Numbered from the whole stretch's first letter, positions 36,137 to 46,406 are shown. The stretch is 59,788 bases of DNA, filler included, from Basidiobolus meristosporus CBS 931.73 (GCA_002104905.1; 4 parts of 4 records of this genome joined end to end with filler, not necessarily neighbours in it); one strand, 5' to 3'. Made by a program: numbers and translations. The notes: generated by a model not told the origin, from the letters alone.

Positions 36137-36573
36137 GCTGAGATAGTGATTTGAAGGAGGGGCTGATCAGATTTATATACAGGGTGGTGAGAGTAAGCAC
36201 AAGCAGTAGCATGCTTCATCAGTGTTGTGGATTTGTGTTGAGCCTTGCAATCGCTTCAAGCTGCAGTGTTAAGGCATGGGGATTGTCGGTTTGATACATG
36301 TGCCACGTGTTAATTTTGGCCACAGTGGGGTGTCAACTTGTCACAATATGCTCTACCAGGCCACAATTTGGTCTGTTTTCTTTGCTAGATAACCGCACTA
36401 ACAGCAAATTACCAGATATTTCCTGAACTTCGTGTTTCAGCATTCGGTACTTGACCTCTTGTGGGTTCTTATGTTGGCATGAAGCTGATGTTATCAGAGG
36501 AATCTTACAACCTTGTAAATGGGGAAAATTACACTTTATTAGTTATTTGATATCAAAAGGGTATCTGGAATCA

Positions 36574-36777
36574 TTAATAGTCGTCATAGTCGCCACCCCC
36601 ACCTCCGCCATATCTCCTTGTTCCGTGATCATGGGCGTCGTATTCATCGTCGTAATCACCACCGCCGCCATGGCCTACTCCCTTGTAGTCAGGATCGTAG
36701 GAGCACTCAAGAACTGTAGTATTGATAGCCAACGCTGCGGAGATGACAAGAAGGAGCTTTGCTACAGAGTATTTCAT
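36574..36777 (-). CDS. DY/G-rich secreted repeat protein copy 8, short 67 aa
   Basis: Family signal peptide; only one to two repeats; LERS changed to LECS. Confidence 0.8.
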   Translation of the reverse strand: MKYSVAKLLLVISAALAINTTVLECSYDPDYKGVGHGGGGDYDDEYDAHDHGTRRYGGGGGGDYDDY

Positions 36778-37088
36778 CTGGAGATAGTAAGTTAGAGTGA
36801 CAAACCTAGTGCATATATAGGGTGATGAGAGTGAGTATATGTGATATCATGCTCTACAGTTTATGTAAGATCTAACAGGCTACAATATGGCTCTAATCAT
36901 TTGTTAATCAAGCACACCATTAGCAAATTACCAAAATTCCTGAACTTTGGTATTCAAAATATAACCTGTGGTGGTTTCTTATGCTGATAGTATTGGTGTG
37001 TAATTTTATCACTTAGTAAACTGGGGATAATCAGTGCTTGTTGTGTATTTGGTGTCAGGAGGATATCATGAAGGTATCAAGAGAGTAT

Positions 37089-37421
37089 CTAGAATTTCTG
37101 GTAGTCGTCATAACCATCACCACGGCCGCTACCACCATACTTCTTTCTTCCATCGTAGTCGTTGCCATGCTTCTTTCTTCCGTGACCGTGACCATCGTAG
37201 TCATCGCCATCGTATCGCCTTCTTCCACGGCCATTGCCATCGTAGTCATCACCATACTTCTTTCTTCTTCCATGGCCATTGCTGTCATAATCATTGTCGT
37301 AGTCACCACCACCATGACCCATCCCCTTGTAGTCAGGATCGTAAGAGCGCTCAAGGACAATAGCATTGATAGTCAGTGCCGTGGAGATGACAAGGAGAAG
37401 CTTTGCGATGGAATATTTCAT
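37089..37421 (-). CDS. DY/G-rich secreted repeat protein copy 9, 110 aa
   Basis: Shares promoter with copy 5; stop lost, giving a YDDYQKF end. Confidence 0.85.
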   Translation of the reverse strand: MKYSIAKLLLVISTALTINAIVLERSYDPDYKGMGHGGGDYDNDYDSNGHGRRKKYGDDYDGNGRGRRRYDGDDYDGHGHGRKKHGNDYDGRKKYGGSGRGDGYDDYQKF

Positions 37422-37802
37422 GTTGGAAGCGTGGCAGGAAACCATATCTTTTTGTAGGGTGATGGGAGTATATACATGCAGTAGTGCGCTGTACAGTTTC
37501 ATCAGTACTGTAGCTTGGTATCGAGACATGATACCGATGTCTTTACTCCGCAATTTAACTCACAACTTTGTTTACTTGAGATGCTCCTGTTATATCAACT
37601 CTTCTGTTGCGAGTCCTAACCAATCACGGGCATACTAGTTGGCCTGATCTTGTTGCTGGTAGAGATTTCCAACATATAAGCCCTGGCGAGGTATTTTATG
37701 TAAATGAGGCATTTTATGCAATTTGGGGCCAGAAAATATATGGAAATATTCACTCGAATGTCGTTTATTGTGTACTTGGTATCAAGAGGGTATCCAAAAT
37801 CT

Positions 37803-38174
37803 CTAATAGTCGTCATAGCCATCACCACGACCACGACCACCACCACCATGCTTCCTCCTTCCATCGTAGTCATCATCGTAGTCATCGCCGTCGTATCTCT
37901 TTCTTCCGTGGCCGCGGCCATCGTAGTCATCATCGTAGTCGTCACCATCATGTCTCCTTCCTCTTCCACGGCCATTGCCATCGTAGTCGTCATCGTAGTC
38001 ATCGTCATACTTCTTTCTTCTTCCATGGCCATTACCGTCGTAGTCATCGTCGTAGTCACCACCACCATGACCTACCCCCTTGTAGTCAGGATCATAAGAG
38101 CGCTCAAGGACTGTTGCGTTGATAGCCAACGCAGCGGAGATGACAAGGAGAAGCTTTGCAATGGAGTATTTCAT
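37803..38174 (-). CDS. DY/G-rich secreted repeat protein copy 10, 123 aa (copy 2/3-type chimera)
   Basis: 3' end and spacer as copies 2/6; 5' end as copy 3. Confidence 0.9.
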   Translation of the reverse strand: MKYSIAKLLLVISAALAINATVLERSYDPDYKGVGHGGGDYDDDYDGNGHGRRKKYDDDYDDDYDGNGRGRGRRHDGDDYDDDYDGRGHGRKRYDGDDYDDDYDGRRKHGGGGRGRGDGYDDY

Positions 38175-38697
38175 GCTGAGATAGTGATTTGAAGGAGAGA
38201 CCGATCAGGTTTATATATAGGGTGGTGAGAGTAAGCATATGTAGCAGCATGCATATAGCTTTCGACGCGTTCGCCTTGCATTCATACGATAAGACTTGGA
38301 TTAAATGCTAAGCTGGGTAAATCAATATGATGCAGGCTTGTTTGTAGGTTCATCATCTTGTTAGCTTTCCCACAATTCGATATTTTGGGCGCGATGGTTG
38401 CTTATTGAGTGCTTGTGGGCTCTAATGATCGACATATCTATCACACCGACCCTTGATCGTTGAAAAGGCACAGTGTCTGAAGTGTGAAGTAAGTTTGCTT
38501 GTGGATGTCAAGCAATGGATATAATATCAGCCTTCTGGTCTCATAAATCCCGTAACTAAGCACTGTATTAAGCGGGCTATTTTTTCAAGGTTCAAGTAGC
38601 TGCAGCCTATCATATCTATAAATATATACACCCGTCAACGTATTGTAAGTAAACATCGTTTATTGTGTACTTGGTAACAAGAGGGTATCTAGAATTT

Positions 38698-39054
38698 CTA
38701 ATAGTCGTCATAACCATCACCACGGCCACCACCATACTTCTTTCTTCCATGTCCATTGCCATCATAGTCATACTTCTTTCTTCTCCCGTGACCGTGACCA
38801 TCGTAATCATCCTCGTAGTCATCTCCATCGTATCTCCTTCTTCCACGACCATTACCGTCATAATCGTCATCGTAGTCGTTGCCATACTTCTTTCTTCTTC
38901 CATGACCATTGCCGTCATAATCATCGTCATAGTCACCGCCACCACCATGACCTACCCCCTTGTAGTCAGGATCGTAAGAGCGCTCAAGGACTGAAGCATT
39001 GATGGCCAACGCAGCGGAGATGACAAGGAGAAGCTTTGCAATGGAGTATTTCAT
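38698..39054 (-). CDS. DY/G-rich secreted repeat protein copy 11, 118 aa
   Basis: Family signal and repeats. Confidence 0.9.
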   Translation of the reverse strand: MKYSIAKLLLVISAALAINASVLERSYDPDYKGVGHGGGGDYDDDYDGNGHGRRKKYGNDYDDDYDGNGRGRRRYDGDDYEDDYDGHGHGRRKKYDYDGNGHGRKKYGGGRGDGYDDY

Positions 39055-39360
39055 CTTGAGATGGTGATTTGAAGGAGCGAACGACTGGATGCATTTATAG
39101 GATAATGAGAGTAGACGCATGCAGTAGCACACTTTATCAGTGTTGTTGATTTGTATCGGTGGACTGCATAGCGCTAACATTGATGTGTGATCTCATCTTA
39201 TGAGGGAGTTGATTTATGCCAAAACTTGCGTTCAACATGTGCTCGGATTTGATTGATATGTCAACTATGGTTACCACTATTTCCATGTTTAATGGCTCAA
39301 TCACGTAGAATCGATCAAAGGAGATAGTGTTGTGCCCTGAGCTGAACTTTGGAGAGTGAA

Positions 39361-39433
39361 GGGGCGTTGGCCTAATGGATAAGGCATCAGACTTCGGATC
39401 TGGGGATTGTGGGTTCGAGTCCCATGCGCCTCG
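39361..39433 (+). tRNA. tRNA-Arg(UCG) copy 1
   Basis: 73-nt cloverleaf: acceptor GGGGCGT/GCGCCTC, D-arm GCCT/AGGC, anticodon loop CT-TCG-GA, T-arm GTGGG-TTCGAGT-CCCAT; T4 run after. Confidence 0.96.
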
Positions 39434-39670
39434 TTTTAGTATTGCAGCACTTCGATCCAGATTGGGTCAATCGCACTTTTTCTAACACTTCACCATGTTC
39501 GCCATTTCGGTGATTATCGGATGATTTGGATCAACTTCCAACATTTAAGCTGCCATTTTATGCTTTGCTAACGTCGCGTTGATAACCTTATAAATGGATA
39601 CACCTTACAACATACCATGTGTAAATATCAGTTTATTGAGTATCTGGTATCAAAAAGGTATCTCAAGTCT

Positions 39671-40036
39671 CTAGTAGTCTTCATAGCCATCACCACGACC
39701 ACGACCACCATGCCTCTTTCTCCCATCGTAGTCATCATCGTAATCATTGCCATGCTTCTTTCTTCTTCCATGACCGTGGCCATCGTAATCGTCGTCGTAG
39801 TCATCACCATCATATCTCCTTCTTCTTCCACCGCCATTGCCATCGTAGTCGTCGTCATAGTCATCACCATATTTCTTTCCTCTTCCATGGCCATTGCCGT
39901 CATAATCATCATCGTAGTCACCACCGCCATGACCTACCCCCTTGTAGTCAGGGTCGTAGGAACGCTCAAGGACTGTAGCATTGATAGCCAACGCAGCAGA
40001 GATGACAAGGAGAAGCTTTGCAACGGAGTATTTCAT
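39671..40036 (-). CDS. DY/G-rich secreted repeat protein copy 12, 121 aa
   Basis: Family signal and repeats. Confidence 0.9.
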   Translation of the reverse strand: MKYSVAKLLLVISAALAINATVLERSYDPDYKGVGHGGGDYDDDYDGNGHGRGKKYGDDYDDDYDGNGGGRRRRYDGDDYDDDYDGHGHGRRKKHGNDYDDDYDGRKRHGGRGRGDGYEDY

Positions 40037-40364
40037 CTTGAGATAGTGATTTGAAGGAGTGGCTGACCGAATGTATTTATAGGATAATGAGGGTAGACGC
40101 ATGCAATAGCACACATTATCAGTTTTGTCGATTTGTATCGGTGAGCTGCACGGCACTAACATTGATGTGGGATCCCTTCTTATGAAGGAGTTGATTTATG
40201 CCAATACTTGCGTTTAACATGTGTTCGGATTCGAAGGATACGTCGAATAGGGTTACTACTATATCTCCAGATTTTGGTCCAACACGGTATTGGATTTTAA
40301 GTAGGCTCATAGAATTGCTAAAGAAGGGTAGTCTTCTACCCTGAGCTGTACTTTGAAGAGTGAG

Positions 40365-40437
40365 GGGGCGTTGGCCTAATGGATAAGGCATCAGACTTCG
40401 GATCTGGGGATTGTGGGTTCGAGTCCCATGCGCCTCG
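40365..40437 (+). tRNA. tRNA-Arg(UCG) copy 2
   Basis: Identical to copy 1. Confidence 0.96.
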
Positions 40438-41087
40438 TATTTTGTGCTTCATCGTCAGATGTCTCGAACTAGAGCCATAATAGCATTTAGCTCTGCAAAT
40501 ATTTTCACAGTTTAGACATTTAGCAATTGCAACAAAATTATAGACATCACATACTGCTACTCTGTGCTCGTAGCAGGATGAGGCCAGAGGAACCCACCAC
40601 TGGTTTTGGGCAATTTAATTGCAATCTCACCAGTAAATCCATTTTTCCGTTGTCGTTAACATACTTCTTCCTTTCCAGATTGTTCGAAGAGTAATAAAAT
40701 CCTCGAAATGCCCTAGCCCATGCCGATGTGTCCGTACAAAGTAGAACCGGAGGATTTCTATACAGCACATCGGTGTTATGATTCGCATTTGATAGAGTAG
40801 CATAGTGTTTTGATGTCTGCAGTTGTATTATATATGAAACTAGCAGTAATCATCATCAGTGTCCTTGAAATGCTCGTGCTCATGTCCTTTCATTTACTTC
40901 GTATTAGCGTGACTATTAAAAACAAGTGAATTACCTAGTGAACAAGAAAAAATATAGCAGAGCACCTGCATTTGTAGGAAATATAATATATTCTCTGTTT
41001 AGGAAGTAATAATTCTTTGTGAAAGTACTGTTTATTAAGTTGTATAACGAGGTTAAGTCTTTGGTATTCAGAGGGTATCTTAAGTCT

Positions 41088-41468
41088 CTAATAGTCGTCG
41101 TAGTCATCACCATGGCCACGGCCACCACTATACTTCCTTCTTCCATGGCCATTGCCATCGCCATCATAGTCATTATCGTAATCATTGCCATACTTCTTTC
41201 TTTTTCCGTGACCGTGGCCATCGTAGTCATCTCCATCATATCTCCTTCTTCCACGGCCATTACCATCGTAATCATCGTCGTAGTTGCCACCTCCACCGCC
41301 GCCATATCTCCTTCCGTGACCATTGCCGTCATAATCATCGTCATAGTCACCGCCACCACCATGACCTACCCCCTTGTAGTCAGGATCGTAAGAGCGCTCA
41401 AGGACTGAAGCATTGATGGCCAACGCAGCAGAGATGACAAGGAGAAGCTTTGCAATGGAGTATTTCAT
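41088..41468 (-). CDS. DY/G-rich secreted repeat protein copy 13, 126 aa
   Basis: Family signal and repeats; promoter shared with copy 11. Confidence 0.9.
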   Translation of the reverse strand: MKYSIAKLLLVISAALAINASVLERSYDPDYKGVGHGGGGDYDDDYDGNGHGRRYGGGGGGNYDDDYDGNGRGRRRYDGDDYDGHGHGKRKKYGNDYDNDYDGDGNGHGRRKYSGGRGHGDDYDDY

Positions 41469-41774
41469 CTTGGGATGGTGATTTGAAGGCGTGAACGACT
41501 GGATGCATTTATAGGATAATGAGAGTAGACGCATGTAGTAGCACACTTTATCAGTGTTGTTGATTTGTATCGGTGGACTGCATAGCGCTAACAGTGATGT
41601 GTCATCTCATCTTATGAAGGAGTTGATTTATGCCAAAACTTGCGTTCAACATGTGCTCGGATTTGATTGATATGTCAACTATGGTTACCACTATTTCCAT
41701 GTTTAATGGCTCAATCACGTAGAATCGATCAAAGGAGATAGTGTTGTGCCCTGAGCTGAACTTTGGAGAGTGAA

Positions 41775-41847
41775 GGGGCGTTGGCCTAATGGATAAGGCA
41801 TCAGACTTCGGATCTGGGGATTGTGGGTTCGAGTCCCATGCGCCTCG
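41775..41847 (+). tRNA. tRNA-Arg(UCG) copy 3
   Basis: Identical to copy 1, flanks also nearly identical. Confidence 0.96.
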
Positions 41848-42084
41848 TTTTAGTATTGCAGCACTTCGATCCAGATTGGGTCAATCGCACTTTTTCTAAC
41901 ACTTCACCATGTTCGCCATTTCGGTGATTATCGGATGATTTGGATCAACTTCCAACATTTAAGCTGCCATTTTATGCTCTGCTAACGTTGCGTTGATAAC
42001 CTTATAAATGGATACACCTTACAACATACCATGTGTAAATATCAGTTTATTGAGTATCTGGTATCAAAAAGGTATCTCAAGTCT

Positions 42085-42465
42085 CTAATAATCGTCATAA
42101 CCATCACCTCGGCCGCCGCCACCACGACCACCATACTTCTTTCTTCCATTACCATCGTAGTCATCATCGTAATCATTGTCATACTTCTTTCTCTTTCCGT
42201 GACCGTGGCCATCGTAGTCATCGTCGTAGTCATTGCCGTCATATCTCCTTCCTCTTCCGCGACCATTGCCATCGTAGTCGTCGTCATAGTCATCGCCGTA
42301 CTTCTTTCTTCTTCCGTGACCGTGGCCATCATAGTCATCATCATAGTCACCGCCACCATGACCTACCCCCTTGTAGTCAGGATCGTAAGAGCGCTCAAGA
42401 ACTGTAGCATTGATAGCTAGCGCAGCGGAGATGACAAGGAGAAGCTTTGCAATGGAGTATTTCAT
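42085..42465 (-). CDS. DY/G-rich secreted repeat protein copy 14, 126 aa
   Basis: Family signal and repeats. Confidence 0.9.
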   Translation of the reverse strand: MKYSIAKLLLVISAALAINATVLERSYDPDYKGVGHGGGDYDDDYDGHGHGRRKKYGDDYDDDYDGNGRGRGRRYDGNDYDDDYDGHGHGKRKKYDNDYDDDYDGNGRKKYGGRGGGGRGDGYDDY

Positions 42466-42787
42466 GCTGAGATAGTGATTTGAAGGAGGGCCGATCAGAT
42501 TTATATACAGGGTGGTGAGAGTAAGCATAAGCAGTAGCACAAGCAGTAGCATGCTTCATCAGTGTTGGCGATTTGTATTGATGATTTAAGCTGCACAGCA
42601 CTAACATTGATGTATGCTCCCATCTTGTGATAGAATCAACTTGTGTCAACATTTGCGTTCAACATGTGTTCGGATGTGATTGATATGCCAACTATGGCTA
42701 CCGCTGTTTCCATGCTTAATGGCTCAGCCATATAGAATTGATAAAAAGAGAAAGTAGTTTACCCTGAGCTGGAAATTTGAGAGTGAA

Positions 42788-42860
42788 GGGGCGTTGGCCT
42801 AATGGATAAGGCATCAGACTTCGGATCTGGGGATTGTGGGTTCGAGTCCCATGCGCCTCG
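42788..42860 (+). tRNA. tRNA-Arg(UCG) copy 4
   Basis: Identical to copy 1; T5 run after. Confidence 0.96.
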
Positions 42861-43093
42861 TTTTTGTAATTTAACACCATAATCGAAATGGAGTCAGTAA
42901 CACTGTTTGAATTATTCGCCAAGGTCACCATTTCGAAGTAAATCAAATGATTTGGATATTTCAATTTCCAACTTGAAAGTTTTAGCGTTACATTTTGATA
43001 CCCTTGTAGATAGTCACAATTCTGAACATGTCATGTGTAAATGTTGGTTTATTGTGTATTTGGTATTTGGTACCAAGAAGGTATCTCAAGTCT

Positions 43094-43480
43094 CTAATAA
43101 TCGTCATAACCATCACCTCGGCCGCCGCCGCCACCGCCGTACTTCTTTCTTCCATGACCATTACCATCATAATCGTCGTCATAATCATTGTCATACTTCT
43201 TTCTTCTTCCGTGACCATGACCATCGTAGTCATCGTCGTAGTCATCCCCGTCATATCTCCTTCTTCTTCCACGGCCATTACCATCATAATCATCATCGTA
43301 GTCGTTACCATACTTCTTTCTTCCTCCATGGCCATTACCGTCATAATCATCGTCATAGTCACCACCACCACCGTGACCTACCCCCTTGTAGTCAGGATCG
43401 TAAGAGCGCTCAAGGACTGAAGCATTGATAGCCAACGCAGCGGAGATGACAAGGAGAAGCTTTGCAACGGAGTATTTCAT
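43094..43480 (-). CDS. DY/G-rich secreted repeat protein copy 15, 128 aa
   Basis: Family signal and repeats. Confidence 0.9.
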   Translation of the reverse strand: MKYSVAKLLLVISAALAINASVLERSYDPDYKGVGHGGGGDYDDDYDGNGHGGRKKYGNDYDDDYDGNGRGRRRRYDGDDYDDDYDGHGHGRRKKYDNDYDDDYDGNGHGRKKYGGGGGGRGDGYDDY

Positions 43481-44474
43481 GTTGATATAATGGTTGGAAA
43501 TAATCAGAAGATCAAGGCATTTATACATATTACAATGCAAGAATATGCAGAAGCACGCCCATCAGTGTTTGCTGATCACACGTACAGTGTTGAGGAGAGA
43601 TGTCCGTAGCATTCATGGCTTTAATCTAGTGCGCATTTAGCAGTTTTATAATGCGATATGTGTTGTTGGTTAAGCACACTCAGTACCAAACTACCTGTGC
43701 TGACAACTCAGCTTGTAAGCTGTACATCAATTAGATGCTTCCCAACTTGTGCTATACTTGCAGTCATGGCTCTTTCTGCAGGTGACTTGAGTTTGATATG
43801 TCCAGATGCATATTATGTTTTGAAATCAGATTTTCTTGAGTGCCAATGACACGCCTGTGGTAATGCTGTACCTAGGTTTTCTGGCCAACGAGAAGCAGTA
43901 GTCAATCATATAGTATTGTGGCATATTTCTAAATGGAATTCTGAGTCAGTTTACTTCAGGCCATTACACTGTGCAATATTCCTAGTAATGGCCAGACATT
44001 TCTTTGTAGCATATTAACCAGCAATAGTAGTAGCAGTAGTAGTCAAAATCATCGTTGGTGAAGCGTTTCAGCAGATTGAAATAATAGGAAGCAAAGTATA
44101 ACGTGCTTTATGTTTGCTTGCATAGACTCACGGTGAAATGCCACTCTCAATTTGCGAGATAAATATATTCAAGCACCTGAATACGGGGTAACCCAAGGAG
44201 GAGGATTTTAGTGGCGAAATTTGTCAGGTATTTAGTTCGGATATATTCGGATATATTGTATTAGGTAACCACTCCAAATAGATAATCCACAATTTCCTTT
44301 TATGACCCACTGTTCTTCGCGGAGGTTACTAATGGGGGAATGTTTTATTGATATGACAAACGTTCTCTAGTTGGAATGACAAGAAATATTTTATATGTTC
44401 TAGATGTATGGCAAGCATTTCTATTTAACTAGGCCTGTTAGCATTTTCTATCACTGGAAACGAATCTAAGCAAA

Positions 44475-46406
44475 ATGAGACATGTAATTATTGGAGGTGT
44501 AGCCGGAGGAGCAACAGCAGCCGCCCGATTGAGAAGAGTGGATGAGACGGCTGAGATCATTTTATTGGAGAAGGGTCCCTATATCTCTTACGCCAACTGT
44601 GGTTTGCCGTACTATATCGGCGGAGTCATTGCCAAACGCGAAAAACTGCTGCTGCAGACGCCAAAGTCGTTTGGTACGCGTTTCCGTATTGACGTCAGAA
44701 TAGAGAGCGAAGTAATTGCCATCCATCCAGAGGATAAAAGCCTGACCATTCGTAGGGCAAATGGAGAAGAATACAAAGAAACTTACGACAAGCTGCTACT
44801 ATCACCAGGTGCCAATCCCGTGAAGCCGCCATTGGAGGGTATCAATTCCGAAGGCATCTTCACCCTGCGCAACGTAGAAGATACCGACCATATCAAAGCG
44901 TACATTGCTGAGAAACAGGTAAAGCGTGCCGTAGTAGTAGGTGCCGGTTTTATCGGGCTGGAGATGGCGGAGAACCTGCACCATGCCGGGGTGGCTGTTT
45001 CCGTAGTCGAAATGGGCAACCAGGTTATGGCTCCTATCGACTTCTCTATGGCAGCGTATATCCATCAACACTTGACACAAAAGGGCACATCTTTATATCT
45101 TGAAGAAGGTGTTACCCACTTCCAGCGTACAGACAGCGGCATTACTGTTTTCCTGAAAAGTGGCAGGACCATTCCTGCCGATATGGTATTACTCTCTATC
45201 GGCGTGCGTCCAGCAACAGCATTGGCGCAACAGGCCGGCTTGAAGTTGGGAGAGACGGGTGGCATCTGGGTAGATAAACACTTGGAAACCTCCCAAAAGG
45301 ATATCTATGCAGTGGGTGATGCTATTGAATATCCTCATCCGTTGACCGGGAAACCGTGGCTCAACTATCTTGCCAATCCGGCTAATCGCCAAGGTCGTAT
45401 CGTAGCCGATAACATGGTATTTGGCAACACGGTTTCTTATGAAGGGGCTATCGGTACTTCTATCGCCAAAGTATTCGATATGACTGTGGCTTCTACAGGA
45501 CTGGCAGCCAAGCGTTTGAAGCAGTTGGGAATGGAGTATCAGAGTTCAGTTACCCACTCCTCTTCCCATGCAGGCTATTATCCGGACGCTTTGCCCTTGA
45601 CGCTGAAGCTAACCTTTCACCCTAAGACTGGTAAGCTTTACGGTGCGCAATGTGTGGGCTACGAAGGAGTGGACAAGCGTATCGACCAAATAGCTGGAGT
45701 CATCAAACATGGCGGGACGGTATATGACCTGACGGAAACTGAGCACACCTATGCACCCCCTTTCTCATCTGCCAAAGATCCTATAGCCATTGGTGGATAT
45801 GTTGCCTCCAATATAATCAGCGGGGCTATGCCGGCTATTTCCTGGCGCGAACTCGTTGATGAGAAAGACCAAGTGATGATGTTTGATACCCGTACTGCCG
45901 AAGAATACTCATTTGGCTCCATTCCGGGGGCTGTCAATGTTCCCTTGAATGAATTGCGTGAGCACATTGCTGAAATCCCGATGGATAGACCAGTTGTTCT
46001 ATTCTGTGCCATAGGACTGCGCGGCTATCTAGCTCAGCGCATCTTGATGGGACGCGGTTATCGCAATGTTCGCAACCTAATCGGCGGCTATAAAACTTAT
46101 TCCACCAGCGTAGCTCCTATTGCAAAGCCTTCTACCGAGGTTCCTTCACCACAAGAGGCTGGTGAGGCGACAAAGATAAACGTATGCGGGTTACAGTGTC
46201 CCGGGCCTATCATGCAGGTAACAGAAGCGATGAACAGCATTGCGGTTGGCAAACGTGTTACAGTCACGGCAACTGATGCAGGTTTGGCTCGTGACGCCTC
46301 TGCCTGGTGCGACACTACAGGCAACAAATTGATATCAAAGCATGAAGAAAAAGGTCGCTACACAGTTGTTCTAGAAAAAGGAGAACCCGCCACTAAACAG
46401 AATTGA
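44475..46406 (+). CDS. cdr: Bacterial-type CoA-disulfide/persulfide reductase - rhodanese - TusA/SirA fusion, 643 aa
   Basis: GGVAGG FAD motif, SYANCGLPY redox Cys, GAGFIGLE NAD motif, YAVGDA, YAPPFS, rhodanese CAIGLRG, TusA CGLQCPGP; intronless. Confidence 0.95.
   Translation: MRHVIIGGVAGGATAAARLRRVDETAEIILLEKGPYISYANCGLPYYIGGVIAKREKLLLQTPKSFGTRFRIDVRIESEVIAIHPEDKSLTIRRANGEEYKETYDKLLLSPGANPVKPPLEGINSEGIFTLRNVEDTDHIKAYIAEKQVKRAVVVGAGFIGLEMAENLHHAGVAVSVVEMGNQVMAPIDFSMAAYIHQHLTQKGTSLYLEEGVTHFQRTDSGITVFLKSGRTIPADMVLLSIGVRPATALAQQAGLKLGETGGIWVDKHLETSQKDIYAVGDAIEYPHPLTGKPWLNYLANPANRQGRIVADNMVFGNTVSYEGAIGTSIAKVFDMTVASTGLAAKRLKQLGMEYQSSVTHSSSHAGYYPDALPLTLKLTFHPKTGKLYGAQCVGYEGVDKRIDQIAGVIKHGGTVYDLTETEHTYAPPFSSAKDPIAIGGYVASNIISGAMPAISWRELVDEKDQVMMFDTRTAEEYSFGSIPGAVNVPLNELREHIAEIPMDRPVVLFCAIGLRGYLAQRILMGRGYRNVRNLIGGYKTYSTSVAPIAKPSTEVPSPQEAGEATKINVCGLQCPGPIMQVTEAMNSIAVGKRVTVTATDAGLARDASAWCDTTGNKLISKHEEKGRYTVVLEKGEPATKQN

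Noticed and set aside
39361-42860. Regularly spaced identical 73-bp repeats resembling a CRISPR-like array or SINEs
   Set aside because: They fold as complete tRNA-Arg genes, the spacers are homologous gene units, and there are no cas genes, tails or TSDs.
31620-43428. Long Val/Ile-rich antisense ORFs and Met/Thr- or His-rich alternate-frame ORFs across the array
   Set aside because: By-products of the codon-periodic GAC/TAC/GAT repeat; only the MKYS frame has a signal peptide, TATA and poly(A) signal.
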